A stretch of DNA of 32,000 nt from Bacteroidales bacterium (GTDB taxonomy: Bacteria; Bacteroidota; Bacteroidia; Bacteroidales; Marinilabiliaceae): positions 43,953 to 75,952 of the forward strand of contig JAFPZF010000029.1 of NCBI GenBank assembly GCA_017417385.1. The letters run 5' to 3'. Below are positions 30,009-32,000 of this stretch, piece by piece. The number at the start of each line of letters is the position of its first letter. Position 1 is the first letter of the stretch. Under the pieces are notes generated by a model, which was not told the DNA's origin, ran no database searches, and worked only from the letters and a program-made list of their open reading frames with translations. The position numbers were made by a program, and so were the translations under genes.

Positions 30009-32000
30009 TATGGTATTATCTCCTCATGTTTTACTCTCAGACGTCTCCAAGTGTAGACGACGTGAATATGACCGTCTTTCGTCTGAATAATCGATGGATA
30101 CGAATACTGACTTATTGGGCTGTCCTCGAGCGTAAGCCAATGCGTCCATTTCAGTCCGTCGGTGCTTCTCATCAGTGAGATAGGCGTCCTAGCTCCCTTC
30201 GTCTTGTCCTTTTCTATAGGCCAGTCGTTGCAGATGAGAGCGTAGGAGCCGTCCTTCAGGTTGACAGCGTCGATTCCGCTGTTGTTGTTGGGTGTCTCAA
30301 TGAGTTCCAGCTTGCTCCATGTCTCGCCGTTGTCGTTGCTGAACGTCACACCTATGAAGCGGCTGCGAGTGCGGCAGAGAGCTTCGAGGCGGCCGTCTGG
30401 GAGGACGAGGATAGTAGGCTGGATAGCGAGGACGCCGCTGTCCGCCTTGACAAAGTCAGTCTTGCGCCATGTCTTACCATTGTCGTCGCTCAGTTCGAAG
30501 TACAGCCTCCAACCGTTGGTCTCGATGCTTGTCGGGGCGATCATGCGAACCTTGTTCGTCACAATCTTGTTCTTAACTGGGCCGAGGAAGCCCTCTTGCA
30601 GAGGTTCCCTGTCCTGCCAAGTCTTGCCACCGTCCTTAGAGCGTACGCACCATCCAGTCCAGTCAGCCACCTTGAGGCCAATCTTGTAGTATATCACGAG
30701 TTCACCGTTTGGCAATTCGTGAATGACAGGATTCCAGCAAGCCTTGCGCTTTAGCTTACTATTCTCCGTCTTGTTGAAGACCTTGTCCTTGAGCCTCTTC
30801 TTGATAGGGCCTGCCGAAGCCTCGGTCGTAGTGTCGACGATGCCAGCTAGCTGAGCGTCTGGACTGCCGAGGACGAAGACGCCGTCGGCAGCCAATATCG
30901 GCTCACTCCACTTGTCGCTGCCCTTCTTTTTGATGTTGACATAGATACAGACGTCAGGGTTGCGCTCGTGCTTGCCGCCGAAGTACGTTGCCACGAGGTC
31001 GCCCTTGCTAGTCTCGACGATGCTTGCACTGTGGCACTGCGGGAATGATGCTTCAGTGTAGAGAAACTCGTCCTTGACGATAGCCTTGTCGGCAGTCGGG
31101 AGTTTTACCTCTATATCGTGTCTGCCGCTCACGAGCTTCTTAGTCGTCCCGTCTGGCAAGGTGATAGTAGCAGTAGTGTTAGCAGGAATCTCTATGTGCC
31201 ATTTCAGCATGCCGTTCACCTTTTTCCACTTGCTGACGATCAGTCCGTAGATACTCTTGTAGGAGCAGTCGATGTCGTCAATCTCGTCGACAGAGAAGTC
31301 AGGCTTCAGCTCAATCTCTTGAGTCCCGACGTTTTGCAGGCCGCCAATCTTCTCGTACATCCATGTGATGAGGTCACCGAGGAGCATCACGTGGTTGCCG
31401 CTGTTCATCTTAGGGCTCGCCGTGTTGCCGTTCCACAGCTCCCATGTCGTCGTAGCGCCGTTCTCCGCCATGTAGCCCCAGCTCGGGTAGGTCTTCTGAG
31501 TGGCGAGGTTCCATGCGACATCGTTGCGCCCCATGTCGGCGAGGGCCCTCATGAGCCAAGAGATGCCGATGACGCCGGAGGAGATGTGGTCCTTGTTGTC
31601 TGTGACAATCTTGCGGACGATATTGTTGGCAGCCATCTTGCGGACATACGGGTCGTCGGTCACGAGCAGGCCGAGAAGGTTTGCCGTCACAGTGTTGTTG
31701 CCGAAGAAGGTGCTATCCGGGTAGAGGATGTGGTCAGGGACAGTAGCAGTCCCCTCCTTGCGAGTGAGGAAAGTGCGCATGAAAGCCTCCTTCGTCCGCT
31801 CAGCCACCTTCTCGAAGAACTCCCTCTCCTCTGGAGTCATTGCCCTTGTAGCCATGATGTTCTTGCAGATATAGTAGTAGTAGGCTGTCGAGATCAAGGT
31901 CCCGTCAGTCTGACGTGCAGGGTCTTGACTGTGGATCATCTTGATGTCCTCGGGCGGTACGCACCAGTCGCCATACTTGTCCTTCGTGACAAGCCCATCT
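30008..32000 (-). CDS. Fusion glycosidase: GH78 alpha-L-rhamnosidase C-terminal portion + BNR/sialidase-fold (PF13088-like) domain; 5' end lies beyond the window
   Basis: The frame stays open upstream of the M at 31939, reading ...DGLVTKDKYGDWCVPPEDIKMIHSQDP, which is GH78-like. The six-hairpin region has GVIGISWLMRALADMGR and YPSWGYM. From about 31060 downward there is FPQCHSASIVE plus Asp-box repeats SKDGGKTW, SDDNGKTW, SNDNGETW and STDGLKW. Confidence 0.8.
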   Translation of the reverse strand, partial: DGLVTKDKYGDWCVPPEDIKMIHSQDPARQTDGTLISTAYYYYICKNIMATRAMTPEEREFFEKVAERTKEAFMRTFLTRKEGTATVPDHILYPDSTFFGNNTVTANLLGLLVTDDPYVRKMAANNIVRKIVTDNKDHISSGVIGISWLMRALADMGRNDVAWNLATQKTYPSWGYMAENGATTTWELWNGNTASPKMNSGNHVMLLGDLITWMYEKIGGLQNVGTQEIELKPDFSVDEIDDIDCSYKSIYGLIVSKWKKVNGMLKWHIEIPANTTATITLPDGTTKKLVSGRHDIEVKLPTADKAIVKDEFLYTEASFPQCHSASIVETSKGDLVATYFGGKHERNPDVCIYVNIKKKGSDKWSEPILAADGVFVLGSPDAQLAGIVDTTTEASAGPIKKRLKDKVFNKTENSKLKRKACWNPVIHELPNGELVIYYKIGLKVADWTGWCVRSKDGGKTWQDREPLQEGFLGPVKNKIVTNKVRMIAPTSIETNGWRLYFELSDDNGKTWRKTDFVKADSGVLAIQPTILVLPDGRLEALCRTRSRFIGVTFSNDNGETWSKLELIETPNNNSGIDAVNLKDGSYALICNDWPIEKDKTKGARTPISLMRSTDGLKWTHWLTLEDSPISQYSYPSIIQTKDGHIHVVYTWRRLRVKHEEIIP

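Overview
The window looks like a Bacteroidales (Prevotella-like) chromosome segment. This is inferred from gene content, TAnnTTTG promoter boxes and lipoprotein signals, not from any search.

GC-richer, strongly codon-biased core genes flank an AT-richer accessory island at about 6.3-17.5 kb. The core genes are a DUF3267 zincin-like membrane protein, a CAP-domain lipoprotein, a GH13 amylase, a J-domain membrane protein, a DUF3298 lipoprotein, htpG, metG, an HTCS-derived AraC regulator, a GldB-like lipoprotein, prs, an EamA transporter, a U32 protein and a GH78-BNR fusion glycosidase.

The island core is a single co-directional 9.7-kb operon: hsdM, a DUF1016 N-terminal remnant, fic, hsdS, a PtuA-like ABC/AAA ATPase, a PtuB-like (TIGR02646-type) HNH protein, and hsdR.
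- It is bracketed by a 34-bp direct repeat (32/34 identical) 10.2 kb apart.
- A transmembrane NERD-domain gene sits at its left edge.
- hsdR carries one in-frame TAG that detaches its C-terminal (DUF3387-like) region.
- fic is itself bracketed by a 24-bp direct repeat (22/24) that contains an AGGAGG box plus the ATG of the following gene.

The most interesting candidate is this composite Type I R-M / Septu-like / Fic operon with a decayed restriction subunit.

Several intergenic regions carry roughly 11-bp-period tandem repeats, two of them next to strong terminator hairpins, and long polypurine tracts. I recognised no rRNA, tRNA, CRISPR array, transposase or integrase. All family assignments come from motif recognition by eye and memory and need HMM or BLAST confirmation.
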